From Mustelus asterias (Eukaryota): a stretch of 64,000 nucleotides of DNA. The position numbers and the translations under genes were made by a program. Each line of letters begins with the position of its first letter. Position 1 is the first letter of the stretch. The stretch is from assembly GCF_964213995.1 (NCBI RefSeq), contig NC_135807.1:137392001-137456000 (forward strand). Direction: 5' to 3'. The notes beneath the pieces are model-generated. The model ran no database searches and had not been told where the DNA came from. It saw nothing but the letters and a program-made list of their open reading frames with translations. This document shows, piece by piece, positions 25,240 to 37,513 of this stretch.

Positions 25240-25690
25240 TCCAAAGTTGTGCCTTAGTGTCCAAAGATGTGCAGGTTGGCTGGATTGGCCGTGGTAAATT
25301 TGTGGGGTTAAAAGTAAAAGTAAAGTTTTATTTATTACTCACAAGTAAGGCGTACATTAACACTGCAATGAAGTTACTGTGAAAATCCCCTGGTCGCCAC
25401 AGTCTGGGCCTGTTCGGGTCAATGCACCTAACCAGCACGTCTTTCAGAATGTGGGAGGAAACCGGAGCACCCGGAGGAAACCCACGCAGACACGGGGAGA
25501 ACATGCAAACTCCACACAGACAGTGACCCAAGTCGGGAATTGAACCGGGGTCCCTGGCGCTGTGAAGCCACAGCACCACTGTGTTACTGCAGTTATGGGA
25601 AGAGGGCCTAGGTAACATACTCTGTCAGAGAGTTGGTGCAGACTCGATGGGCCAAATGACCTTTACTGCACTGTGGGGATTCTATAATTC
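25240..25690. mobile_element. Rex1-tailed V-SINE (25310-25583, minus) inserted inside an HE1-tailed SINE fragment (plus)
   Basis: The plus-strand HE1 body stops at GGGGTTA (~25309) and resumes at GTTATGGG (~25591). Confidence 0.75.
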
Positions 25691-26613
25691 ACTGTTGCGC
25701 TGCAATCTGATTGTCTCCTTACTTATGGTTCACCATTCTATAATGGATTGACTAACAAAGTAAATGAAGCATTGAAAGGCAATTTTGTTTCCATGATGAC
25801 TAATTCCCAATTGTAAGTGAATGTGCTTTAATTGGCTGCTCTCAGCTGCAAACCTAATTGATGCCAAAAAATATTCTGCACTCAGATCAGCCACACTTCA
25901 CGTAATGAGAGACTCCCACTCGGTTTCTACGGATGTAAACACATAGGAACAGGAGGGGGCATTCAGCCCCTCAAGCCTGCTCTGCCATTCAATGACTAAT
26001 CTGTATCTTAAATCAGCCCATCTGCCTTGATCTAAAAAGCTCAATCAAATCCCCCTGAACCTGTTATATGCCAGGGAATACAAACCTGGTTTCTATAATC
26101 TCCCCTCAAAATCTAACCCTTGGAGCTCTGGTAATATTCTGGTAGGATATTGCATTCCCCACCTCCCCCCCCCCACTCCCCCTCCACAAGGCCAATCCTT
26201 GCTAAGTTTGGTGCCCAGAATTGTACTCGATACTTCAGGCGCATTTGAACCAGAACTTTGTATAGCTGCAGCAACATTCCCTTCCCTTAATGTTCGAGTT
26301 CTCTCAGTTATAAAAAGGCTGATGTTCCATTAGACATTCAGATTAGTTTTTGTGCCTGACTGCTACATTTTAGTACTTTCTTTGGACTTCCATTGATTCT
26401 AGATTTTTAAGCTACCTGAAATGAAATGGTTTCATTCAAAGTAGACGATGATGACCTTTGTTAAGCGCAATGATTCACCGTAACAGGTGGACGAGCACCG
26501 GATCTTGCCAGTGCGCCTTTCAAATGCCAAATTATTCTGCTCAGCATCCAAAAACACCAACTTGTAGTTATAACAGCACCTTTAGGTGATCAGTGATATC
26601 AGACATCATGGTG

Positions 26614-27078
26614 GGGCATGGTGGCACAGGAGTTAGCGCTGCTCGAGGGACCCAGGTACAATCCCAGCCTTGGGTGACTGTGTGGAGTTTGCACATTCTC
26701 CCCATGTCTGCGTGGGTTTCCTCCGGGTGCTCCGGTTTCCTCCCGCAGTCCAAAAATGCTGGTTAGGCAGATTGGCCATGCTAAATTGCCCTTTAGTGAC
26801 GGAGAGGGTGGGGGGGGGGGGGGGGGGAGGGGGGTGTTTAAGCAGGGTAAATATGTGGAGTTACGGAGATAGGGTCTGGGTGGATCTGTTGTCAGTGTAG
26901 ACTTGATGGGCTGAACGGCCTCCATCCGCACTGTAGGGATTCGATGATTGGCCATGCTAAATTGCTCCTTAGTGTCAGAGGGTCTAGCAGGGTAAATGCA
27001 TGGGGATAGGGCCTGGGTGGGATTGTGGTCAGTGCAGGCTTGATGGGCTGAATGATTTCCTTCTGTAGGGATTCTATG
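26614..27078 (+). mobile_element. HE1-like V-SINE with duplicated tail and poly-G tract
   Basis: Head at 26614, tail twice (to ~26945 and ~27078), G run at 26810-26834. Confidence 0.8.
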
Positions 27079-28229
27079 GTCGACGTGACAGTGAGCCTTA
27101 TAAGGAGATATTAGGTCCGATGACCAAAAGCTTGTGCAGAGAGGTAGGTTTTAAGGAGTGCCTTAAAGGAGGACAGAGAGGCAGAAAGACTGAGGTTCAG
27201 GGGTGGGGTGGAATTTAAAAACTCAAGAGCCCAGGCAACTGAAGACACGGCCACCAACGGCAGAGTGATTAAAATCTGGGATTTGGATTCATCCAACACA
27301 CCAGAAATTGTGAAAAATCTACAACTTCTGAAAATTGTTCAACAAAAATGTACAACTATCAACTCTGGTATGCTTCACAATTTGTTAGGAAACGTGTGTA
27401 GAGAACAAGCTAAAACAAAACAGAAAGCCTTCTAAAACTCAGACGGTAATGGTTTTATTGATGTGTGGGCACAAGTCTGGAACAAGGGGGCACAGTTTCA
27501 GGGTGAGGGGTTGATCTTTTAGGACTGAGATGGGGAGAAATTTCTTCATTCAAAGTTTTGCGAATCGTTGGAAATCCCTGCCCTAGATGTTTATGTGAGT
27601 CACCATTGAATATATTCACAGCTGAGATAGACAGATATTTGGTTTCGTAGGGAATCATGGGATACAGGGATCAGGTCTTCTCCTGCTCCTATTTTTTTAA
27701 TAAGTTCTTACATTCTTATTTCGGGATGGACAATAAATACTGACCTTGCCAACAACCAACAACGTCCACAACTTGAGAATGAATATAATTTTAAAAGGTG
27801 TTAGTTTATAACCTGAAGTTTCAGCAAAAGTTTCCCACCTAAAATGCAGATACGATTTTTACACAGGTGCCTACTCGCATAGTGAAGCTCTTCAGATTTG
27901 GTAAACCTTACACATTTATCCCAAAATATATCTAAATTGGCACAACTTTCCTTACCAATGAATGCACTGGAAGAAAAATATATTGGGGCAGAACTTGAGG
28001 ATTGGCAGTCGGATTGCCATTCTGCTCATTTTCACCGATGCTGGAACATAGCTGTACCTTTCTGACTTGACCTTCCGGCTCTGGCCAAGTGAGAACAGGG
28101 CAATGCTGGGGGTTCCCAAGGCCTTCAGTTGTGCGCAGCCGCGTATGGGATAGTGAAGCCATGCCCCTGGCACTGGCTGCCATTTAGCAGGTAAGTTTAA
28201 AGATCCCAGCCAGTTGGAGATGCCAGGGA

Positions 28230-29022
28230 AACATAGAAACATAGAAGATAGGAGCAGGAATAGGCCATTTGGCCCTTCGAGCCTGCTCATCATGATCATG
28301 GCTGATCGTCCAACTCAATAGCTTAATCCTGCTTTCTCCCCATAACCTTTGATCCCATTCACCCCAAGTGCTATATCCAGCTGCCTCTTGAATACATTCA
28401 ATGTCTTGGCATCAACTACTTCCTGTGGTAATGAATTCCACAGGCTCACCACTCTTTGGGTGAAGAAATGTTTCCTCACCTCCGTCCTAAATGGTCTACC
28501 CTGAATCCTCAGACTGTGACCCCTGGTTCTTGACACATCCACCAAAGGGAATACCCTCCCTGCATCTACCCTGTCTAGTCCTGTTAGAATTTGATAAGTC
28601 TTTATGAGATTCCCCCTCATTCATCTGAACTCCAGCAAAAACAATCCTAACCTGTCAATCTCTCCTTATACATCAGTCCCACCATCCCCGGAATCAGCCT
28701 GGTAAACCTTCCCTGCACTCCCTCGAGAACAAGAACATCCTTCCTCAGAAAAGAAAACCAAAACTGCACACAATACTCTCGGTGTGGCCTCACCAAGGCC
28801 TTGTGTAATTGCGACAACACATCCCTGCTCCTGTACTCAAAACCTCTCGCAAGGAAGGCCAACATACCATTTGCCTTCTTTACCACCTGCTGCACTTTCA
28901 GTGACTGGTGCACAAGGACACCCAGGTCCCACTGCACACTCCCCTCTCCCAATTCACAGCCATTCAGGTAGTAATCTGTCTTCTTGTTTTTGCTTCCCAA
29001 GTGAATAACCTCACATTTATCC
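28230..29022 (-). mobile_element. CR1 3' fragment; similar fragments at 32755-33850 (+), 34360-34708 (-), 49030-49830 (-), 51400-51630 (-), 55460-56110 (+)
   Basis: DKCEVIHLG..DLGVLVH..KKANGMLAF..FFTQRVVSLWNSLP motifs and TTCTATGT-type tail repeats. Confidence 0.85.
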
Positions 29023-30689
29023 AAGGTAAGGTAAGTTTGCAAGGTAAGTGGGTGGGTGGGGGGAGTCAGATGATCAGTGGGGGATGGTGGGGTCGGGTGG
29101 TCCTTAGGGGTGGGTCAGTTGGTTGGTGGGGTCAGTACTGTAGTTACCCAGGAATTAGAAGTGGTTTAAATTCTTCTAACTTTTCCTGGGTTACTATGCT
29201 GGTAAGACAGTCAGAACCATCCAAAGTTTGCAATTTAAATCAGAGTTTCAGGTGATTTCTAGAGCAAGATGATTGCCCAGCAGAAGTTTGAACTGCCCGG
29301 GCAATTTAGTGCAGTTCTTGCATGATGAATTCTGGGTTCGACCGCTCGAGCATATTCTGGGGTACCTTCTGGGTATGACCCTCAGGAGATCTGGGTTTAT
29401 GAGCCAATAAATCTTCACAATAGTGCCCAGTGTATCGTAAAACAAGAGCATGTGTATACTAACTAGTTTAGACAATGAATAACATAGATCAAAGCAGACA
29501 AATACTGTACTCTACATGAAGAACTTGACTCGTTAAATTGCCTCATTACTTAAAAAAATGCTTGCAACATCATACACACGGAAAGCTGTCATAAAAAATG
29601 TTTTTCTTGCCTTCAGGCAGTTGTCAATTCTTGTTCTAATATTCATTGCTTAATCTGTAAGGCACAGAGGCATGTTTGGGCATCAACATCGTTTAATCTT
29701 GTAGAAAATCTGGTCACCATTGGCACTGCCTGGGACAAGTTTGCACATCCTGTCATCATTATTCTCTACCTCACTTTGAATCCTTTCTACACGGACAACA
29801 CAACTGATTTCAACCCTGGAAGCTCAGCACAGGCCTCACCAATCATCTACACTCAGAACGCAGGAGCAACATTGCAGTTTTTAGAGCTCCCTGGATCTTC
29901 TTCATATACTAATTTAATTACATCCCCCCACCCCCATCTCCTGTACCTCCCCGGTCTCCTGTACATCCTCCCTTGTCTCCTGCACATCCTCCCTTGTCTC
30001 CTGCACATTCCATCTTCCATCTCCTGCCTAACGTAGCAACACCACCCCCTGCCCAGTCTTCCATCTCCTGCCTAGTATACACCAATTCCCCCACCCTCCC
30101 ATTCCATCTCCTGCTTAGTGCAGTAACATCACCCCCCCCCCCCAGTATACACCAATCCCAACCCCGCACCCCATGTTCCACCTCCGTTACACCCTCGTCT
30201 TCCACCTCCTTCGGAGCACCCTGCCCTGCTCTTATTTTCTTGGTTTAAAGTTTAAGAGGGTTTTCACAAAGTGAAATGAACACTTAGACAAGGTGACAAA
30301 GTAATTCCTTAGTGTGTGGCACATCGATGAGACAGTCAAATGGTCAGAGATGGACTGTTGGTGCTATTTTGACACAAAGTGTAATGTACATCAGTGGCTT
30401 TAATTAAAAATAAACTCTGAAGCTGTAAGAAGCTCCAGGTTCTAGCCTGATATATGACAATTACAGCCTGTTGTTGTTCAGTCTGCCTTTCAGGATCATG
30501 TGGTGTTTGTACACCAGGTCTCCAACTTGTTCAAAAGCACTTATAAGCTGATTTGAAATGTGCACTTTTATTTGCAAGATTTAGTTTTTCTACTAATATT
30601 TGTTCTGGGTTTCTCCATCTCACTCACAGTGCAATTAGCAGAGAGGACATTCCTGGCTATTTAATAACACACTGTGACTTGGACACAAG

Positions 30690-31340
30690 GTCGAAACTGA
30701 CATTCCAGTTCTCGAACAAAGGACTGCTACACTGTCTGAGGTCCTGTCTTCTGGATGAGATATTACAAAATAAAGTAAAGCTTATTTATTAGTCACAAGT
30801 AAGTCACATCAACACTGCAATGAAGTTACTATGAAATTCCCCAAGCCTCCACACTCCAGCACCTGTTCGGGTCAATGCACCCTAAGCAGCACATCTTTCG
30901 GATTGTGGGAGGAAACTGGAGCACCCGGAGGAAAGCCACGCAGACACGGGGAGAACGTGCAGACTCCACACAGACAGTGACTCAAGCTGGGAATCGAACC
31001 TGGGTCCCTGGTGCTGTGAAGCAGCAGTGCTAACCCACTGCGCCACCCCAATTAACCTGAGGCCCTTCAAGCCTTCTCAGGTACATGCAAAATAACCCAT
31101 GCCACAGTTTTGAAGAGCAGGGGAGTTCTCTTCTGACAACATTTATCCTTCAACCAGCATCACTAAATCACATGATCTGGTCATTATCACACTGCTGTGT
31201 GTGGGATCTTGCTGTGTGTAAATTGGCTGTTGCGTTTCCTACATTACAGTGCCTACACTTCAGAAGTACTTAATTGGCAAAGCTTTTCGGCACATCCTGA
31301 GGTCATGAAAGGTGCTATAGAAATGCAAGTTATTCCTTTT
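30690..31340 (+). mobile_element. DeuSINE (SacSINE1-like) interrupted by a Rex1-tailed V-SINE (30767-31049, minus)
   Basis: Deu-domain-like GAAGAGCAGGGGAGTTCT..GCTGTGTGTAAATTGGCTG..AAGGTGCTATAGAAATGCAAG on both sides of the insert. Confidence 0.75.
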
Positions 31341-32181
31341 TGCACTTCCAGTGAACAGGTAACATTCTGTGTCCAGTTAACAACAAGCAGAGAAAGACAA
31401 ATGGCTTAACAATGCGCAAACACTGAGCTAGTTATTTTAGTAGCTAGCACGGGGGTTATTTCACGTTTTAAAGGCCACAGTTTCACTCGATCTGTAACCT
31501 GCGGAGAAACGTCACAAGCTGCACAGGTTGTGGAAAGCCATTTCAGCCCATCTTAATTCATCATCAATGGCCTTTTTTTTTAAAAATGGCACCATGTTGC
31601 CAGGGATTTGGTCAACTGCCCTGTCCATCTTGAGCAGTATTCGGTAAACAATGGGGGCATCTGCAGGTACTTAATAACACACCTTGACTGGAGTGCAGTA
31701 TCGAGGCTGACACTCTAGTACGGTACAGAAGGAACATGGCATTATGGGGGGGTGCATGGTTCCAGGTGAGTGCTCAAGAGGATCTTGCAGGTACTGATCT
31801 GAAGATACAGGAGCCATCACCGCAAAAGGTGCCTCAGGGTTCTGAATGATGCTGTTGTCAGGGCAACCGCAGTAAATCAGAGAAGGTATTTTGGCCTTTT
31901 GCATCTTTTATCAGAGTAAGCTTGTGACGTACAAAACATGTATAGTCCTGCTGTATTACACGCCCTTAAATGCTTCACACTTATGACCTTAAATTGGTTC
32001 AAAACTCATGAGGCAACAATGATGTGTGTTTCATATCTATTAACTGTGCGGTGTGTGTCCCACTATCTGTTAGCCGCAGATTTGGTGTTAAACTTATCTT
32101 AACTACAGACTGTGCTTAACTAACCTGTGAACTGTACATATTTTAAAACATGTCAATGGAACGAGATTTGGGTTTACATAC

Positions 32182-32339
32182 CTGTTTCCTGCTGGGTATT
32201 AATGATCCATTGCAATTTATTGGTTTCTCTTGGTTTCTCCAGCAGGAAATGAAACCATCATAAAGTGTTCAGAGAGCCTTCAAACCAACACAACCCAAGA
32301 CAAACGCCAATACAGACTGAGCTCATCCCAGAGGTGAAG
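32182..32339 (-). other. Candidate internal non-coding exon (158 nt), probably POMGNT2 5' UTR
   Basis: Minus strand has CTGAC branch, CTTTTTATTCTCCTCACTCTAG| acceptor and CAG|GTATGT donor, in repeat-free sequence. Confidence 0.5.
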
Positions 32340-34732
32340 CTAGAGTGAGGAGAATAAAAAGGTCAGATACAAGTCCTAGCAGAACAATTGTGCTTTTGCA
32401 GAGCCTGGGTTTCAGTGGAACTTTTACCATTTCAAGCAGAATGCTATATCGACAGGGGTTGTGCTGCTGGTGGGGGTGAGAGAGAGAGAGGGGGGTGGAT
32501 TCACACCAAGGACTGTACAAGAGATCAGCGGGATTACAGGTTGCTGCTATGAGGGTCATATGTGATGGGTATACAGAGTATCATTCAAGGGGAAGTTCAA
32601 ACCGAGGGCTGGGGCTGAGGGGGGGCAGGGAATGGTTTTGCTAAGGAGCTTCCATAGCTTTATGTCTGAATAAACACTTGATGTGGTAATAACCAGCTGC
32701 TTTCATTTCCAGATTTTCTGAAATATTCCCTTGAAGAATTAACAAAAGCCACATGGAAGACTTACAAAGGCAAATGCACATTGGGATACAGGGTAATTTG
32801 TTAAGTGGATTCAAAATTGGCTCAGTTGTTGGAGACAGAGGGTGATGACAGAAGATTGCTTTAGTGACTGGAAGCCAGTGTCCAGTGACGTACCACAGGG
32901 ATCTGTGTTGGGCCCCCTGTCATTTATATAAATGACATAGATGACTATGTGGGGGGTAGGATTAGTAAGTTTGCAGATGTCACAGATTGGCTGGGTGGTT
33001 AACAGTGAGGTGGAGTGTCTTGGGCTACAAGAAGATATAGAGGGATGGTAAAATGGCAGATAGAATTTAACCCTGAAAAGTGTGAGGTGTTACACTTTGG
33101 AAGGAATAATTTGACAAGGAAGTACTCAATGAATAGCATGACAGTGGGAACTTCTGAGGAGCAAAGGGACCTTGATGTGATTGTCCATAGATCTCTGAAG
33201 GCAGAAAAGGCATGTTAGTGGGGTGGTGAAAGAGGCATATGGGATACCTGTCTTTATCACGTGAGGCATAGATTACAAAAGCAGGGAGGTCATGTTGGAG
33301 TTGTACAGAACTTTGGTGAGGCCATAGGTGGAATACTGTGTGCAGTTCTGGATGCCATTGCACTGGAAGGAGTGAAGAGGAGATTCACCAGGATGCTGCC
33401 TGGGATGGAACATTTAAGTCATAAAGAGAGGTTGAACAGGCTGGGGTTGCTTTTGTTGCAACAGAGAAGATGGAGGGGGCAACCTGATCGAGGTGTACAA
33501 GATTATGAGGGGCATGGACAGAGTGGATAAGGAACAGCTGTTCCCCTTATTTGAAGTGTCAGTCAAAGTTCAAGGTGAGGGGCAGGAGGTTTAGGGGGAA
33601 ATGTGAGGAAAAGTCTTTTTACCCAGAGGGTGGTGATGGTCTGGAATGCACTGCCTGGGAGGGTGGTGGAGGCGGGATGTGGAACCTCATCCTTTAAAAA
33701 GTACCTGGATGAGCAATTGGCACATCATAACATTCAGGGCTATGGGCCAAGTGCTGGTAAATGGGATTAGGTGGGAGGTCAGGTGTTTCTCATGTGTCAG
33801 TGTAGACTCGATGGGCTGAAGGGCCTCTTCTGCACGGTATAATTCTGAAAAGGGATACAAGAGCGACTGTTAACTTCTACAGTTTGCTTTCTCCCATCAC
33901 TGGTCAGTGTCAGTAAACAAGATGGAAATTAAATACACATCATGCAGCTGGAGTAAAGCACTTGAAATAAACTCAAACACTCATACATGACCAGATTCTG
34001 ACCGTGTATTTAAACATATTATAGAATGCTTCCAAAGTGATTGCTATGAACGTTCTTCCAATTCAGTATTTTTCTACAGCATGTGGATTCCTTATACTAA
34101 TTAATCTGTAAACAAATCAGTAACAGTATTAACCTCCACACACTGGACAGTCAATGTATTTTATTCTATTTAAAAAGAAAGACTTGCATTTTATGGTGAA
34201 CCTTCCATGACCTCAGGGAGTTCCACAATGCACTGCAGCCAATCAAAAGCTTCTGGTATGTAGATACTGCTGTAATGTAGCCCATTTTCACCCAGTAAGC
34301 TCCCAGAAATATTATAATGACTGGGGAATCTGTCTTAGCGACAATATTGAGGAAGAAATATAGAAACTAGAAAAAGGAGGAGGCCATTCAGCCCTTCGAG
34401 CCTGCTTCGCCATTCATTATGATCATGGCTGATCATCAAATTCAATATCCTGATCCCGCCTTCCCCCCATACCCCTGGATCCCTTTAGCTGCAAGAGCCG
34501 TATCCGATTTCTTCTAGAAATCACACAAAACTTTTTTGCCTCAACTGCGTTCTGTGGGAGTGAATTCCACACATTCACCACCCTCTGGGTGAAGAAATTT
34601 CTCCTCACCTCAGTTCTAAAAGGTTTACCCCTTATCCTCAAACTATGACCCCCTAGTTCTGGACTCCCCCACCATCAGGAACATTCTTTCTGAATCTACC
34701 CTCTCTAAATATTGGCCAGGAGATTGCAGGGA

Positions 34733-34794
34733 GTGGGCAGTAAGGGGTGGGCAGTAAGGGGTGGGCAGTAAGGGGTGGGCAGTAAGGGGTGGGC
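34733..34794. repeat. 14-bp minisatellite (GTGGGCAGTAAGGG) x4.4
   Basis: Units start at 34733, 34747, 34761, 34775 and 34789. Confidence 0.95.
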
Positions 34795-34896
34795 GCAGAG
34801 CACCCCTCGTCTTCAAAATAATGACATGAAATCCTTTACATCGACCTTAGAGGGCAGATGGAACCTCATAATTTGATGTCTCATCTGAAAGATAGT

Positions 34897-35193
34897 ATTT
34901 ATTTGATTCATTAGTGTCATGAGTAGGCTTAAATTAACACCACAATGAAGTTACTGTGAAAATCCCCGAGTTGCCACACTGCGGCGCCTGTTCAGGTACA
35001 CTGAGGAAGAATTTAGCATGGCCAATGCACCTAACCAGCACGTCTTTCGTACTATGGCAGGAAACCGGAGCACCCGGAGGAAACCCACACAGACGCAGGG
35101 GGAACGTGCAGACTCCGCACAGACAGTGACCCAGATCAGGAATCGAACCCGGGTCTGTGGTGCTGTGAGGTAGCAGTGCTAACCACTGTACCA
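34897..35193 (-). mobile_element. Rex1-tailed V-SINE nested in a DeuSINE (34175-35283, minus)
   Basis: Same tail as the 14004 copy; the DeuSINE continues on both sides. Confidence 0.8.
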
Positions 35194-35322
35194 ACCTCTG
35201 ACAGTGTAGCTCTCCCACAATACTACTCAGGAGAGACAGCCTAGATTTTGAGCTGAAGTCTCTTGCAGTGGAACTTGAATCCATGATAATAATCTCTCCC
35301 TCACGGTCAACAAAATGAAGCC

Positions 35323-37513
35323 ATGATGTGGCGATGCCAGCGTTGGATGTGGGTAGGCACAGTGAGAAGTCTCACAACACCAGGTTAAAGTCCAACAGGT
35401 TTATTTGGTAGCACGAGCTTTCGGAGCGCTGCCCCTTCATCAGGTGGGTGGAGAGTTGGGTTCACAAACAGGGCATATATAGACACAGACTCAATTGCAA
35501 GATGATGATTAGAATGCAAGTCTTAACAGGTACAGACAATGCGAGTGGAGAGAGGGTTAAGCAGAGGTTAAAGAGGTGTGAATTGTCTGAAGCCAGGACA
35601 ATTAGTAAGATTTTACAAGCCCAGGCCAAATGGTGGGGGTTACAGATAGTGTGACATGAACCCAAGATCCCGGTTGAGGCCGTCCTGATGTGTGCGGAAC
35701 TTAGCTATCAGTTTCTGCTCAGCGATTTTGCGTTGTGTGTCTTGAAGGCCGCCTTGGAGAACGCTTACCTGAAGATCAGAGGCTGAATGCCTTTGACTGC
35801 TGAAGTGTTCCCCGACAGGAAGGGAACACTCCTGTCTGGTGATTGTTGAGCGGAGTCTATTCATTCGTTGTCGTAGTGTCTGCATGGTCTCCCCAATGTA
35901 CCATGTCTCGGGACATCCTTTCCTGCAGCGTATCAGGTGGACAATGTTGGCCGAGTTGAAAGAGTATGTACTGTGTACCTGGTGGATGGTGTTCTCATGT
36001 GAGATGATGGCATCCGTGTCAATAATCTGGCACGTCTTGCAGAGGTTGCTGTGGCAGGGTTGTGTGGTGTTGTGGTAACTGTTCTCCTGAAGGCTGGGTA
36101 GCTTGCTGCGAACAATGGTCTATTTGAGGTTGCGCAGTTGTTTGAAGGCAAGTAGTGGGTGTGTGGGGATGCCTTGGTGAGATTTTTGTCTTCATCGATG
36201 ACATGTTGAAGGCTCCGAAGAGGTCATAGCTTCTCCGCTCCAGGAAAGTACTGGACGATGAAGGGTACTCTGTCGGCCGTGTCCAGTGTTTGTCTTCTGA
36301 GGAGGTCAGTGCGGTTTTTCCACTGTGGCACGTCAGAACTGTTGATCGATGAGTCGAGCGCCATATCCTGTTCTTACGAGGGCACCTTTCAGCGTCTGTA
36401 GGTGTCTGTTGCGTTCCTCCTCATCTGAGCAGATCCTGTGTATACCGAGGGCTTGTCCGTAGGGGATGGCTTCTTTAACGTGTTTAGGGTGGAAGCTGGA
36501 GAAGTGGAGCATCGTGAGGTTATCCGTGGGCTTGCGGCACAGTGAAGTGCTGAGGTGACCGTCCTTGATGGAGGTGCGTGTGTCCAAGAATGCAACCGAT
36601 TCCGGAGAGTAGTCCATGGTGAGTTTGATTGTGAAATGGAACTTGTTGATGTCATCATAGAGTTGTTTCAGTGATTGTTCGCCATGAGTCCAAAGGAAGA
36701 AAATGTCATCGATGTATCTAGTGTATAGCATCGGTTGACGGTCCTGTGCGGTGAAGAAGTCTTGTTCGAGCCTGTGCATGAAGATGTTGGCATATTGAGG
36801 TGCGAATTTGGTCCCCATGGCTGTTCTGTGTGTCTGGCTGAAGAATTGGTTGTTGAAGGTGAAGACATTGTGGTCCAGGATGAAGCAGATGAGTTCTGGA
36901 ATTGCGACCGGAGATTGGCAGTTGTCGGCATTGAGTACTGAGGCGGTCATCGTGAGGGATGCTGGTGTAGAATGCCGAGACATCCATTGTGATGAGGAGT
37001 GGTCCTGGTTCAATTGCTCCATGGGGGCTGAGTTTCTGTAAGAAGTCCATAGTGTCACGGCAGAAGCTGGGGGTTCTTTGTACAATGGGTTTCAGGATGC
37101 CCTCGACGTAGCTGGAGAGGTTCTCACACTGGGTCCCATTGCCTGATACGATGGGTGTGTAGGCCTTGTGTATTTTCGGGAGGCAGTAGACATCTCCAAA
37201 GTGGAGAGTACGTGGGATGACAGCACGGAGGATGCTCTAAAAGTCCGGATCAAAGGTCCTAATCACTCTGTTGAGTTGGTGGGTGTGTTCTTTGGTCGGA
37301 TCTGCGGGTAACTGTTTGTAGTGTTCCTCGTTGTTCAGTTGTTGGTACACTTCTTTGCAGTAATCCGTTCTGTTCAGTATGATGGTGACCCCCTCCTCTG
37401 TCTGCTGGTTTGATGACAATGTTGTAGTTGGCCTTGAGAGCGCGGATGGTGTTGCATTGTGCTACTAAATAAACCTGTTGGACTTTAACCAGGTGTTGTG
37501 AGACTTCTTACTG
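35323..37513 (-). mobile_element. Penelope-like element, 5'-truncated: RT plus GIY-YIG endonuclease, pseudo-LTR, inverted partial pseudo-LTR
   Basis: RT motifs TAMGTKFAPQYANIFM, RYIDDIF, FLDT and KPTD; endonuclease region WYIGET..R..EHF..E..I..GLN. Direct repeat AACAAAA(T/C)GAAG at 35309-35320 and 37514-37525. Confidence 0.92.
35412..35446 (-). ncRNA. Minimal type I hammerhead ribozyme motif in PLE pseudo-LTR
   Basis: CAC CUGAUGA A GGGGC AGC GCUCC GAAA GC UC^ GUG: full core, 5-bp stem II, short stem I, palindromic AGCU in place of stem III. Confidence 0.75.

Noticed and set aside
29920-30210. Pyrimidine-rich region with 21-bp repeats and small ORFs
   Set aside because: Low-complexity decayed minisatellite with no further structure.
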